Shown here piece after piece: positions 20,190-29,488 of a DNA stretch of 64,000 nucleotides. A model generated the notes under the pieces. The model ran no database searches. It saw only the letters and a program-made list of their open reading frames with translations, and was not told the origin of the DNA. This stretch comes from an uncultured Verrucomicrobiae bacterium (lineage in GTDB: Bacteria > Verrucomicrobiota > Verrucomicrobiia > Limisphaerales > Palsa-1400): assembly GCA_963764165.1 (NCBI GenBank), contig CAVXRD010000001.1, forward strand, positions 736,001 to 800,000, written 5' to 3'. The number at the start of each line of letters is the position of its first letter. Within the stretch, counting starts at the first letter, position 1. The position numbers were made by a program, and so were the translations under genes.

Positions 20190-21692
20190 TCAAGCGTTAC
20201 GCGCCCGCCCCCCCGCCCATTGCCGGATGCGCCCCACCTGCTCCTCCATTGTTTTGGCCAGCGGAACAGTTTGCGCGAGCGCGGCCAAAATATCGGCGGT
20301 AGTCAAATCCCGCCGGGCGTAAAAGGCGTCGTACAACGCGCTGTTAATTGCTTCCTCAATCTCCGCTCCGCTGAAGTCAGGACTGGCAGTGGCGCAGGCC
20401 ACGATGTCGAAAGCAGCCGGCTCCCGGCGGCGCTTGGCGATGTGAATGCGGAAAATTTCCGCCCGCTCCTCCACCGACGGCAGGTCAACAAAAAAGATTT
20501 CGTCCAGGCGGCCCTTGCGCAGAAGTTCCGGCGGCAATTGGGAAATATCATTGGCCGTGGCCACCACAAAAACCGGCGCCGTTTTTTCCGAAAGCCAGGT
20601 CAGGAATGTTCCAAAAACCCGCGCCGTTGTTCCGCCATCGGCCACGGCCGAACCCTGCGAGCCCGAAAATGCCTTGTCGATTTCGTCCACCCACAAAATG
20701 GCGGGCGCCACGGATTCAGCCACCGCAATGGCCCGCCGAACGTTCTCCTCCGAGGAGCCAATGAGGCTGCCAAACATCCGCCCCATATCGAACCGAAGCA
20801 GCGGAAGCTGCCATTGCGTCGAGACCGCTTTTGCGCAGAGGCTTTTTCCGCAGCCCTGCACTCCCAAAATCAAAATCCCCTTCGGCGCGGGCAATCCGAA
20901 GGCGCGCGCCTCTTCGGTAAATGCGGTGGAGCGTTTGTTCAGCCAATCTTTCAATGCCGCCAGGCCGCCGACCTGCTGAAAATCCTCGGTTGCCGCGCAA
21001 TACTCCAGCAAACCGCTTTTTCGGACGATCTGCTGTTTCTCCGCCAGCACCTCCGGGACATCCGCGCCGGAAAGCCCGTTCCCTTTGACAATGATCTTGG
21101 CGAAGACATTTTCCGCCTCACTTTCTGTCAAACCCAAAGCCGCCTGCAGCAATTTTTGCCGGTCGTCCTGGCCAAGTTCAATTGCGACCCGCTTTGCCCG
21201 CTCCACCTCAGTGATGATTCTATCGAGCAGCGCGTTTAAATCCTCGCGGTTCGGGAGGGGAAAACTGAGAACCGTAATCTCCTTCTCCAGCTCCACCGGC
21301 ATTTCCAGAACAGGCGCGAGGATGACGATGGTTTTGAAACTGTCCTTCAGGTGCAGCGCAATGTCCTTCACCCGCCGGACCACACTCGTATTTCCCCGCG
21401 CCAGAAAAGAATGAAAATCCTTGAACACGAACAGCGCGGGTTCGACTTGCTCGACCACCATGTCCAGCGCGGCCACGGGATCTTTCGTCGCGGGATGGCG
21501 GGCTTTCTGCGATTGAATGGAGGCGCCCGCCGGAACCAGCCCGGAGGTGCAAGTCCACTCGAACACTTTCTTCCGGCGATTGGCCGCGACCGCATGCACC
21601 GCTTCCTGCGCGCGCATTTCTTCGGAAGTTACAATGTAAAGAATCGGGTAGCGGGCGCGGACGAGCAATTCCAGTTCGTCTTGAAAATTCAT
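20190..21692 (-). CDS. Ycf46-family AAA+ ATPase
   Basis: [14 protein letters not shown]-terminus, [15 protein letters not shown] and [20 protein letters not shown]. Confidence 0.9.
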   Translation of the reverse strand: MNFQDELELLVRARYPILYIVTSEEMRAQEAVHAVAANRRKKVFEWTCTSGLVPAGASIQSQKARHPATKDPVAALDMVVEQVEPALFVFKDFHSFLARGNTSVVRRVKDIALHLKDSFKTIVILAPVLEMPVELEKEITVLSFPLPNREDLNALLDRIITEVERAKRVAIELGQDDRQKLLQAALGLTESEAENVFAKIIVKGNGLSGADVPEVLAEKQQIVRKSGLLEYCAATEDFQQVGGLAALKDWLNKRSTAFTEEARAFGLPAPKGILILGVQGCGKSLCAKAVSTQWQLPLLRFDMGRMFGSLIGSSEENVRRAIAVAESVAPAILWVDEIDKAFSGSQGSAVADGGTTARVFGTFLTWLSEKTAPVFVVATANDISQLPPELLRKGRLDEIFFVDLPSVEERAEIFRIHIAKRRREPAAFDIVACATASPDFSGAEIEEAINSALYDAFYARRDLTTADILAALAQTVPLAKTMEEQVGRIRQWAGGRARNA

Positions 21693-21711
21693 CGGCGCGG
21701 CGGCGAATTTG

Positions 21712-21930
21712 TCAACCAAACAGCTTGCGCCACCATGGCGTTTTCGGCGGCGGTGATTGCGCGATGGATTTGCCCAGGCGCCGCGCGATGCCCGGCGGGA
21801 CGCTCGTCAGCGAAGCGTCATGCCGCAGCAGTTCCTCGGGGCCAGGGAACTCGATCGGCCCGGACTTTCCCTTTGATTGCGAGCCGGAGGTTTCTTCATT
21901 TCCGCCGGTCCAAAATTGATTTGATTTCAT
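21712..21930 (-). CDS. small hypothetical protein (72 aa), possible anti-sigma or adaptor
   Basis: ATG 1 bp after the ECF stop; EELLRHDA..VPPGIARRL..PWWRKLFG; tightly packed between the ECF and the ATPase. Confidence 0.7.
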   Translation of the reverse strand: MKSNQFWTGGNEETSGSQSKGKSGPIEFPGPEELLRHDASLTSVPPGIARRLGKSIAQSPPPKTPWWRKLFG

Positions 21931-21931
21931 G

Positions 21932-22501
21932 TTACTCCGTTTTTGCAAAAAGGGCGCCAAAGGCTTTGCGGGCGCGAAACAATTTTCCCCGCACCGCATC
22001 AGCCGACTGCCCGGTCAGCGCCCCCGCATCGGCATAACTTAACTCCTGATCGCTCACAAGCAATAGCAAGAGGCGGTATTCGTCGGGCAATCCATCGAGC
22101 GTTTTTTGGATGCGCGCGCCCAGCTCCTTTGTTTCCAGTATTCGCAGCGGCGACTCGCTGGCAGGCTGGCGTTCGAAAAAGCCCTCGTCATCGCGGAGGG
22201 AGATATTGCGTTCGTGCCAGGTCGACCGCATGTTTTTGCAATGATTGATGGCGATGCGATAAAGCCAGGTGCGGGCCGAAGCATCGCCGCGAAATTTGTC
22301 CAAGTTGCGCAGGGCTTTGAGGAAGACATCGTGGGTGGCGTCCTCGGCCTTCTGGGCGTCACCGAGAAAACGCAACGCCAGATAATAGATCGCCTTGCTG
22401 TGTTCGGTGTAAAGCGCGCTTAACGCCGCAGGCAGCAGGCTTGGATCCGGCGCCAGCGGAGCCGTCTGTTCCGCGCAAACCTCGTTCATGGCTAATTCCA
22501 T
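21932..22501 (-). CDS. ECF RNA polymerase sigma factor
   Basis: AEDATHDVF, TWLYRIAIN and SY....LTGQSADAVRGKLFRAR. Confidence 0.92.
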   Translation of the reverse strand: MELAMNEVCAEQTAPLAPDPSLLPAALSALYTEHSKAIYYLALRFLGDAQKAEDATHDVFLKALRNLDKFRGDASARTWLYRIAINHCKNMRSTWHERNISLRDDEGFFERQPASESPLRILETKELGARIQKTLDGLPDEYRLLLLLVSDQELSYADAGALTGQSADAVRGKLFRARKAFGALFAKTE

Positions 22502-22548
22502 CAACGATTAGACAGCACCACCGCCGCGTTGTCACGCGCGATCAGAAA

Positions 22549-22714
22549 GGCAGGGACGCCTCGCCGAGGCGTCCGGGGACGTGGCAGTTTGCAGGCGTCT
22601 AAACCCGCGCAGAGATCAGGTCAGACTAAAAGACGTTTCCTGCGGAGCCTTTGAGAAGAAGATCACGCTTGCAAAACGCCACCGCCCCGGACGCCTCGGC
22701 GAGGCGTCCCTGCC
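22549..22714. repeat. REP doublet, family A
   Basis: GGCAGGGACGCCTCGCCGAGGCGTCCGGGG and its inverse CCCCGGACGCCTCGGCGAGGCGTCCCTGCC. Confidence 0.85.
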
Positions 22715-22722
22715 CGCAAAAA

Positions 22723-24936
22723 TCAACGAACCCGCACCAAAACCCGCAGTCGTTTGAATGCATACGTGTCTGCATTGCCCGCAAATGTCCAATCCGGCGC
22801 ATCGGACGGACGATTGCCAATTCCCAGATCGGCATGGCCGCCCTCTCGCCAATGATTAAACGCAAACAGCGTTTGGCGGGCGTCGTGATTGTGGACTTGC
22901 ATGGAGCCATAACCGTCCTGCGGCTCTGTGGGCTGGTCGCCGAAATCGAAAATGTCACCGGATGCGTTAGGAACTCCAGACGTGTTCGCCTGAGCGTAAT
23001 TGTTCGGCCAGAATTCAATATTGCCGCCCGGCAAATCGATCCCCTGCTCGATTCCCTTCACATTTGAGACAATGTTCATATGCTTGACGTTCTCCTGGAA
23101 AAAAGCCCCAGACTGAAGCGTCGGCACGCCGATTTTCGAAAGATCGTGCGTGAACGCCTCCATTGAGACGTAAACGTATTCCGATTGGCCGGCGGCCTTT
23201 TGCAACTCGAGAAAATAGGCGATGCGGTCAAACGGCGCGTTGATGTTCTTATGATTGTCGACGTCGTATTCGATTTTTCCGCCCGCCTTCCCGATGTCCA
23301 AATCGTAAACCAGCTTGTATTCGTGCGATTCAGGAACCTTGCTCGCGAGGAGATCGCGTTTGGGGATCGAGCCGACACGAAATGCGCCCGCTGGCAATCC
23401 TGCGCCGTTCACCAGGTTTGGCTCCGCCAGCATGCTCCACGCAAAACGCATCGCCACCGGGTGATGCACCTCGGGAGACGACAAAACGACACTCGATCCC
23501 TCAATGCGCGCGTCCGCCTTGACGAACCCGCCCTCATCGGCGTCGACGATCTCGAACCAATTCAGCGGTTTTCCGTCACGGCTGGCCAATCCGGCGGCAT
23601 GATCGAAATGCACCCGCATCTCGCCGCCCTCGATGTCAAGTGAGCGGTAGGCCGGGCCCGACGAATCAAAGCCGGTGCGGCCATAAGTATTGGCAAGGGC
23701 CAGCAAGGCGAGGCGATTGCCGACGACCTGTTTGTTTTTCGGATGAATATCGCGAAGATCGCCGACATCGTTGATCACGGCCATTCCCGCGTGGGGAATT
23801 TCGCGGGCCGCCGCCGCCTGCGCCTCCCACAATTCCGGCTCTTTATCGGGGTCGCCGCCGTAGTTGAACGGCGCAATTTGGACAAAATAAAATGGGAATT
23901 CGCCTTCGTGCCAAACTTCGCGCCAGCCGTGGACAAGCGCCTTCATGTGCTCGGTGTAACGCGCGCCTTCGCCAAGATTCGATTCGCCCTGATACCAAAT
24001 CGCGCCGCGAAAGGAGATTGGCACGAAGGGATGAATCGAGCCGTTGTAGAGGGCCGTCGCATTTTGGAGATCATGCGGCGCGAGAAGCTCGTTGGGAAAA
24101 CCGGGCATCGGCGGAACGACAGAACGCTCTTCCATCGCGTGGTGCGCGGCCCGGAGCCATTCCTCGGTTTTTTCGAGCGCCTCGCCAAGGCGGTGCTGAT
24201 GGATATCCGTCGCCGGGTTTGCCATTTCCACCGCTTCAAATTCATTCCGCAATGCTGGGATGGCCGCGAACCCTTGCGGCGGCGTCCAAGATTCGATTCT
24301 CGTGCCGCCCCAGCTCGTCTCAATCAATCCAATCGGAACACCCAATTCGCGATCCAGCACACGGCCAAAATAATAGGCCGCCGCCGAAAAGCCGCCCCAC
24401 CCGCCTTCCGCCACGGTTTTCGGATTGCACTGGGCCCAGGCGCCCTCCACGTCGCGTTTGGGGGTTGGCGACCATTCGCGTTTGTTCAGGAACAGGCGGA
24501 TGCCGGGGTGATTCGCCTCGGCAATTTCCTTTTGCGCGTCGCGCGCCATGCCGATGCCCATTTCCATGTTCGATTGCCCCGAGCAAATCCACACTTCGCC
24601 AATCAGGACGTCGTCAAATACAACTTCGCTTGAGCCTGAAACTTTCATCGCGTGCGGGCCACCGGCGGCCATCGGCGGCAGTTCCACTTTCCATTCGCCG
24701 CGCTCGTTTGCGACCGCCTGGGCGGAGGCGCCGCCGAGCGTTACGCGGACCGTTTCATTCGGCGCGGCCCAGCCCCAGATTTTAATCGGCATGTCCCGCT
24801 GAAGAACCATGTGGCTGGAGAAAAAATGCGGCAGGCGCACCTCAGCGCGGGCTCCCGGCGCAAGCGCGGCGCAGCACAAGAATGCCAGCAAAAACAAGCG
24901 CGCGGAGGGAATTCTCGAAATTCGATTGATATTCAT
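22723..24936 (-). CDS. secreted sialate O-acetylesterase (SASA/SGNH) with extra C-terminal domain
   Basis: GEVWICSGQSNM, WYQGESN and DIHP motifs; signal peptide. Confidence 0.9.
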   Translation of the reverse strand: MNINRISRIPSARLFLLAFLCCAALAPGARAEVRLPHFFSSHMVLQRDMPIKIWGWAAPNETVRVTLGGASAQAVANERGEWKVELPPMAAGGPHAMKVSGSSEVVFDDVLIGEVWICSGQSNMEMGIGMARDAQKEIAEANHPGIRLFLNKREWSPTPKRDVEGAWAQCNPKTVAEGGWGGFSAAAYYFGRVLDRELGVPIGLIETSWGGTRIESWTPPQGFAAIPALRNEFEAVEMANPATDIHQHRLGEALEKTEEWLRAAHHAMEERSVVPPMPGFPNELLAPHDLQNATALYNGSIHPFVPISFRGAIWYQGESNLGEGARYTEHMKALVHGWREVWHEGEFPFYFVQIAPFNYGGDPDKEPELWEAQAAAAREIPHAGMAVINDVGDLRDIHPKNKQVVGNRLALLALANTYGRTGFDSSGPAYRSLDIEGGEMRVHFDHAAGLASRDGKPLNWFEIVDADEGGFVKADARIEGSSVVLSSPEVHHPVAMRFAWSMLAEPNLVNGAGLPAGAFRVGSIPKRDLLASKVPESHEYKLVYDLDIGKAGGKIEYDVDNHKNINAPFDRIAYFLELQKAAGQSEYVYVSMEAFTHDLSKIGVPTLQSGAFFQENVKHMNIVSNVKGIEQGIDLPGGNIEFWPNNYAQANTSGVPNASGDIFDFGDQPTEPQDGYGSMQVHNHDARQTLFAFNHWREGGHADLGIGNRPSDAPDWTFAGNADTYAFKRLRVLVRVR

Positions 24937-25005
24937 AGGAAAAATCTAAGGTCGAAGAGTCCCGACGCCAAGTCAAGGGAAAGGCCGCAATTTCGCAAAC
25001 ACCGA

Positions 25006-25163
25006 TGCAGGACAGAATTCTTCATCCCGCGTTGTTTCCCAGCGTCGTAGGCGCTTCGGTGGTCCTGGATTTTCCCGCGCGCCTGGCAATTCTTCCCGCG
25101 TCTGTCCATTTCCTAGATACTCTAACGGGGGAAACAATCCTTAATGAAGAATTTTGTCCTGCA
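25006..25163. repeat. MITE-like element with long imperfect terminal inverted repeats
   Basis: TGCAGGACAGAATTCTTCAT-N6-TTGTTTCCC versus GGGAAACAA-N6-ATGAAGAATTTTGTCCTGCA. Confidence 0.65.
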
Positions 25164-25311
25164 CTCGAGAACACAGTTCCGTGGAGGGCGGGAAAGTTTT
25201 AGCAAAAGGAAACAAAGGCAACGAAAGAATCCAAAACTTGTCAGGCTCTTCGAAATCCTTCGTCCCCTTATGTTAGTATTTCCCGCAAATATTTCGTTGC
25301 CGTGGTGAAGG

Positions 25312-25998
25312 TCAACGCCAGCGCCGCCAGCGTCCGCCTTCGCGGCGAAAGGCCGGGCCGCCATGAACCCACCCGCCGTGAAACCAAATTCCACCGGGGT
25401 AAGGCGGCAGAGCCCAGCGCCCAGGCGTCCAAACCCAGCCGCCCCTCCAAACCCAATCGCCATCCACCCACACATAATCCGTCCCGGGCGCGGGGGGCGG
25501 CGTTTCCACTTGTGGCGGTGGAGGAGGCGTCTGCGCGCCCGTGGCGGCGCCGGGGCTGCCGGGAGGTGGAACCTGCGGCGAAGACGATGCGGAAGCGGCC
25601 TCCGCGCTCGGCGTCGTGATCATGACATCGACGACCGCGTCGGGCACGCCGGATTGCTTCAGATCGATGATCTCGTTCGCGTTCAAATAATAGACCGAGT
25701 GCGAATTTCGAATCTGCTCATTGATGACCTCCGGCGGAAACGCCAATTTCGCCATCAGTTTCACGTCCGGAACCGTCAAGGGCTGGTCAACCTGCACCCG
25801 GTGCGCCGTATCCGGCGAAGCCTGACGGAGCTTGTTCAGTTGTTCGGGTGTAAACACGGCGACGGGCGCGGGCGCGGAATACGCCACCGGAGGAGGCGCG
25901 GTGGCGGGCGCAGGCGCAGGGCTCGAACAACCCGCGATAAGGGCGCCTGCCGCTCCAGTCAAAATCACAGTTCCGAAAAATCGACTTCCAGTGAACAT
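25312..25998 (-). CDS. proline-rich lipoprotein with YXWGXW-type repeats
   Basis: Lipobox IAGC; IIDLKQSGVPDAVVDVM domain; YVWVDGDWVWRGGWVWTPGRW repeats. Confidence 0.85.
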   Translation of the reverse strand: MFTGSRFFGTVILTGAAGALIAGCSSPAPAPATAPPPVAYSAPAPVAVFTPEQLNKLRQASPDTAHRVQVDQPLTVPDVKLMAKLAFPPEVINEQIRNSHSVYYLNANEIIDLKQSGVPDAVVDVMITTPSAEAASASSSPQVPPPGSPGAATGAQTPPPPPQVETPPPAPGTDYVWVDGDWVWRGGWVWTPGRWALPPYPGGIWFHGGWVHGGPAFRREGGRWRRWR

Positions 25999-26083
25999 AA
26001 TAGTTTTCACGTAACAAATGTACACTGGAGAGCCGTCCGCGCAACCCCCCTCCCTACGCAGGGCAAACACATCTTAATTCCAA

Positions 26084-26110
26084 GGGACGCCTCGGCGAGG
26101 CGTCCCTGCC
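26084..26110. repeat. single REP, family A
   Basis: GGGACGCCTCGGCGAGGCGTCCCTGCC. Confidence 0.8.
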
Positions 26111-26179
26111 AATCAGCGAGCCTGGCGCTCGTTGATTTTCAAAGAATTACAATAATTTAGATGCGTCTGCCCTGCCTCC

Positions 26180-27811
26180 TTACGGCAATTCGTGGTGGGC
26201 TGTAGTGCATGTCGGCTTCTCTCCGACGGTGTGGATGGTATAAATGCCACCATCAGGACAAGCCATGTTGCCATCGGAATGGAATGTCGCGAGATACGGT
26301 TTCAGGTCGTCCATGATAGGGGTGTCCTCCGCCGTTTTTCCGTGCTCAAGAGCCCATTGCTGTTTGGCGGAATCAATAATCCTGAGTCGCTCAATGCAGG
26401 TAATCGTCCTCTGGACCTCGGCATCGTCCGGGCCCGGGAACATCAGGACTTGCATGGCCCCCTGTTTAACGACAGTCATTTGCGTGTCGGCCACAGCAAG
26501 CCCGGGAGCGTCTGAGTGATGAAAGACAAGCGCAAATGTTTCCCCGAGGGGATTCGATTTATTATTGGTTACGGCCAACTCAACCGGTGTGAACGGCCCG
26601 CCATACGGGATGAGATTGAGGCCGAGGTCGGTGAGCAGAATGCCTTTGACTCGATCAAGCTTCCCCTCCTCTCTTCCGATGGGGGGCGGCGTGAACACCA
26701 GATCGAAATTTCCGGTCAGGCCCGTCTGATCTGAAACGGGAGTGTTAAGCACCTGGCCGATGAATATGGCAAAATCCTCCATCGTCTTCCCTTGCATCTG
26801 CCGTTTTCCGTTTTTAGAATTCTGGTTTCCACGCGCCGCATTCACCAGTCTTGCCATGCGGTTTGTCTCGTCGATCAAATGGCCCAATTGCGCCCGAAGG
26901 CGCGCCAATTCCCGCGTTTTTCCCTCGGAAACAGCCGACGCGGCGGCTTGGAATAACTGGTTCGATAGGCGTTCGTTGTCAGCCTTCAAACCGGCGAGAT
27001 CCGCGTTTTGTGATCGCAACCGCTCGTTTTCCACTCTCAATCGCGCAACGGAAGAGTATTGCCAAACGGCTGGAACGGCCAGAGCGCCAGCCACCAGGAC
27101 AATTGCGGCAATTTTCATTTTCATAAGTCCAAGAGTTTTCAGAAGCGAGACACTTGCGTTTGTTCCCGCCAGAGTTCCAAGAGTAGCGGCGGCGACGCTG
27201 GCCGAAAGGCCGACGGGCGCGGCTTTCACGGTTTCGGCGGCCAGCGCGGCGCCAAGAGCGGCGCAGGTGAGGGCCGCGCCGCGCTGGGTCAAAAGAGTGT
27301 GCAATTTTTCCAGGGCGCGATTCACCCGCATCCGCGCGGCGTCCTCGTTCGTTCCCAGCGCCTGACCCACGGAGCGAAAATCACGCTGCTCAAAAAAGCG
27401 AAGCATGATGGCCGTGCGATCTTCGGGGCCGAGATGGTTGATCGCGTCGTCCAGAATGCCCGCGACCCGCGCTAAATCTGCTGACGAGTTATTTTGCATG
27501 GCGATGAGTTCAACCGCTTGTTGCTCGCGATTTTGACGGCGGCGATTTCCGCGAATGGTGTTGGCCGCAACGAAACAGGTATTCTGATGCAGCCACCCTC
27601 CCACCACCGCCTCCCGCGCGATGGCACCCGCGTTCCTGGCCAGATTCAAGAAGACGGTCTGCGTGATGTCTTCCGCCAGATGCGAATCGCCATTGACGAG
27701 GCGGCAGGCAGTCGAGTGAACCATGTTCACATATCTGTCGACCAACTCCCTGAACGCCTTTTCCGAGCGGCGCTGCGCGTATTCCTCAAACAATAATCGG
27801 CTGTCGTTCAT
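26180..27811 (-). CDS. membrane-anchored ECF sigma factor with periplasmic C-terminal extension
   Basis: Sigma2/sigma4 motifs (AEDITQTVF, EDAARMRVNRALEKL), a TM helix, a coiled coil, a DQTGLTGNFD segment and a Cys-containing pilin-like tail. Start moved to ATG 27811. Confidence 0.88.
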   Translation of the reverse strand: MNDSRLLFEEYAQRRSEKAFRELVDRYVNMVHSTACRLVNGDSHLAEDITQTVFLNLARNAGAIAREAVVGGWLHQNTCFVAANTIRGNRRRQNREQQAVELIAMQNNSSADLARVAGILDDAINHLGPEDRTAIMLRFFEQRDFRSVGQALGTNEDAARMRVNRALEKLHTLLTQRGAALTCAALGAALAAETVKAAPVGLSASVAAATLGTLAGTNASVSLLKTLGLMKMKIAAIVLVAGALAVPAVWQYSSVARLRVENERLRSQNADLAGLKADNERLSNQLFQAAASAVSEGKTRELARLRAQLGHLIDETNRMARLVNAARGNQNSKNGKRQMQGKTMEDFAIFIGQVLNTPVSDQTGLTGNFDLVFTPPPIGREEGKLDRVKGILLTDLGLNLIPYGGPFTPVELAVTNNKSNPLGETFALVFHHSDAPGLAVADTQMTVVKQGAMQVLMFPGPDDAEVQRTITCIERLRIIDSAKQQWALEHGKTAEDTPIMDDLKPYLATFHSDGNMACPDGGIYTIHTVGEKPTCTTAHHELP

Positions 27812-28018
27812 TTGTTCCACATATATAGACCCGCCCAGCGCGAAAACCGAACAAACGCGTCGGGAGCGGAAAAGCCTGCGTTCTTGTAGAGCTTGGAAAG
27901 CTTGACGAAGCAGAAAAGATTTATGAACAATGCTTAACCGACGAACCGAACGATGCCAGTGCCAAAAATAAGCTGAAATATGTCCACCGGCTTCAAGAAA
28001 AGGTAAAATCACAATAGC

Positions 28019-28396
28019 GTGAATGCTCAATACATTGCTGACGTGCGCAGGAAATTGCGCTTTGCGCCGTACATTTTGGCGACGCTTTTGATCGTTTTTG
28101 GCATCTCGCTGTTTTGGGTTGCTCCCTCGCTCAAATATTTGGCGGTAGGGCTGGCATCTGGCTCGCTTGGTTCCGCCTGCCTTATTATGTACTGGCGGAC
28201 GCGGCGCGAGGGATTTCAACTCGCGTTGCTCGCGGTCAACGTGATGACTATGTGCATCGGTTCGTCCGGTTTAGGATTCGGACACGCCCTTCAGTACCTC
28301 TGCGTTATACTCACGGTAGAAGCGGGAACTTCCGTGGTAATGCGGCATCGATATTTAACGTGGACACAGAAATCAGCGGTTAACAATCCGCAATAA
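28019..28396 (+). CDS. hypothetical membrane protein
   Basis: 125-aa ORF with about 4 TM segments, divergent from the ECF. Confidence 0.6.
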   Translation: MNAQYIADVRRKLRFAPYILATLLIVFGISLFWVAPSLKYLAVGLASGSLGSACLIMYWRTRREGFQLALLAVNVMTMCIGSSGLGFGHALQYLCVILTVEAGTSVVMRHRYLTWTQKSAVNNPQ

Positions 28397-28537
28397 CTAA
28401 CGATCATCCTCCTGAAAGCTCGCCACCAATGTCCGGTGATCTGACGCTACGCCCCAATTCGGCGTCGCCAGCGCATACGCCCCGTCCTTCAGGCAATGGC
28501 TTTTCATGCCGCTGCCAAGCAGGATGTAATCGATGCG
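28397..28537 (-). pseudogene. orphan duplicate of the 3' end of the EEP gene
   Basis: Translates RIDYILLGSGMKSHCLKDGAYALATPNWGVASDHRTLVASFQEDDR*. 28421-28537 aligns without gaps to 31589-31705 with 15 mismatches in 117 nt (hand count). Confidence 0.9.
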
Positions 28538-28544
28538 CGCGTGC

Positions 28545-28608
28545 GGAAAGGGGTCACCCATCAGGCCCCGGGGTCAGTCCCCGGGACTGACCCCTTTGAC
28601 CCCTTTCC
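28545..28608. repeat. nested GGGGTCA hairpin
   Basis: Outer IR GGAAAGGGGTCA/TGACCCCTTTCC; inner IR GGGGTCAGTCC-CCG-GGACTGACCCC. Confidence 0.8.
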
Positions 28609-28681
28609 TGATAACTTGCTGCTGAAGGATGACGGTAATTGCTCGATTTTCCCGCATGAACCAACGACAATGCGAATCTTT

Positions 28682-29140
28682 ATGGCATTCATTCCTGAAA
28701 ACGCTCAATGGTTCCTGGCCCAGCATGTCGAGGAAATCCGGGTGCAGAGGCACAAGCGCAATGTCGTGCATATCAATTATGTATTGATTCAGGCGAAGAG
28801 CCCGCGGGAAGCGTATCGGAAAGCCATCGAGTTGGGGAAAAGAGGAAATGCGAAATACAAGAATCCAGCGGGCGAGACCGTGACCAAGCGCTTTCTTGGA
28901 TTACGGGACTTGGATGTGATACACGATCCGCTGGAGCACGGATGCGAGATCATGTTTTCCGAGCGCTTAGGAATGACAAGAGCAGGCATATGCAAGCTTT
29001 TACGGAAGAAGGCGGAACTTGAAGCATTTCTTCCGATTCGCAACCGACCCGGCCGCCCCTGTTACGCATCAAAAGAGATCATGGACGAAGTTGCCAAGGA
29101 ATTAGTCAGGTCCGGGGAAGGGGTCACCCTGCCCACATAA
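28682..29140 (+). CDS. DUF4288-like protein
   Basis: WFLA..VEEI..VLIQAKSPREAYRKA..LG..Y.N..GETV...FLGL.DL pattern. Confidence 0.75.
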   Translation: MAFIPENAQWFLAQHVEEIRVQRHKRNVVHINYVLIQAKSPREAYRKAIELGKRGNAKYKNPAGETVTKRFLGLRDLDVIHDPLEHGCEIMFSERLGMTRAGICKLLRKKAELEAFLPIRNRPGRPCYASKEIMDEVAKELVRSGEGVTLPT

Positions 29141-29284
29141 TCGCACCATTGCGGTTTGCGGTGCCCCCATGAATACCACATAAAAATGTAATTTCAGCAT
29201 TAATTGACAACCAAGCCTTTCGGCCATAATTTTCCCTGTTGCCGTAAGGGCGTGTTCTTTGACATTTTGCTTCATTTCGCGCCG

Positions 29285-29445
29285 GGGAACCCTCTGCGCA
29301 CTCCGCGCCTCTCTGCGCGAGATTGCGTTTTATGCCAGCCGAAACCAAACCGCGTCCACAAAGGGAAAAGAACTCTCGCGCAGAGAAGATGAGTGCGCAG
29401 AGGGATACAAAGGCAAAGCCGCACCCACCGAAAATAGGGGGCTAT
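29285..29445. repeat. CGCAGAG-repeat element, copy 1
   Basis: CTCTGCGC...GCGAGATTGCG and TCGCGCAGAGAAGATGAGTGCGCAGAG shared with 46283-46520. Confidence 0.75.
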
Positions 29446-29488
29446 TAGAAATCGGTGGGATTTCAGTGAATATTTGGGCGGACAGGCA

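Noticed and set aside
27812..28219. 136-aa N-terminal extension of the ECF ORF in the track (similar extensions at 32483-32707, 32386-32697, 38831-38971, 58995-59327)
   Set aside because: They are read-through across promoters, repeats or opposite-strand genes; family homology starts at the downstream start codons
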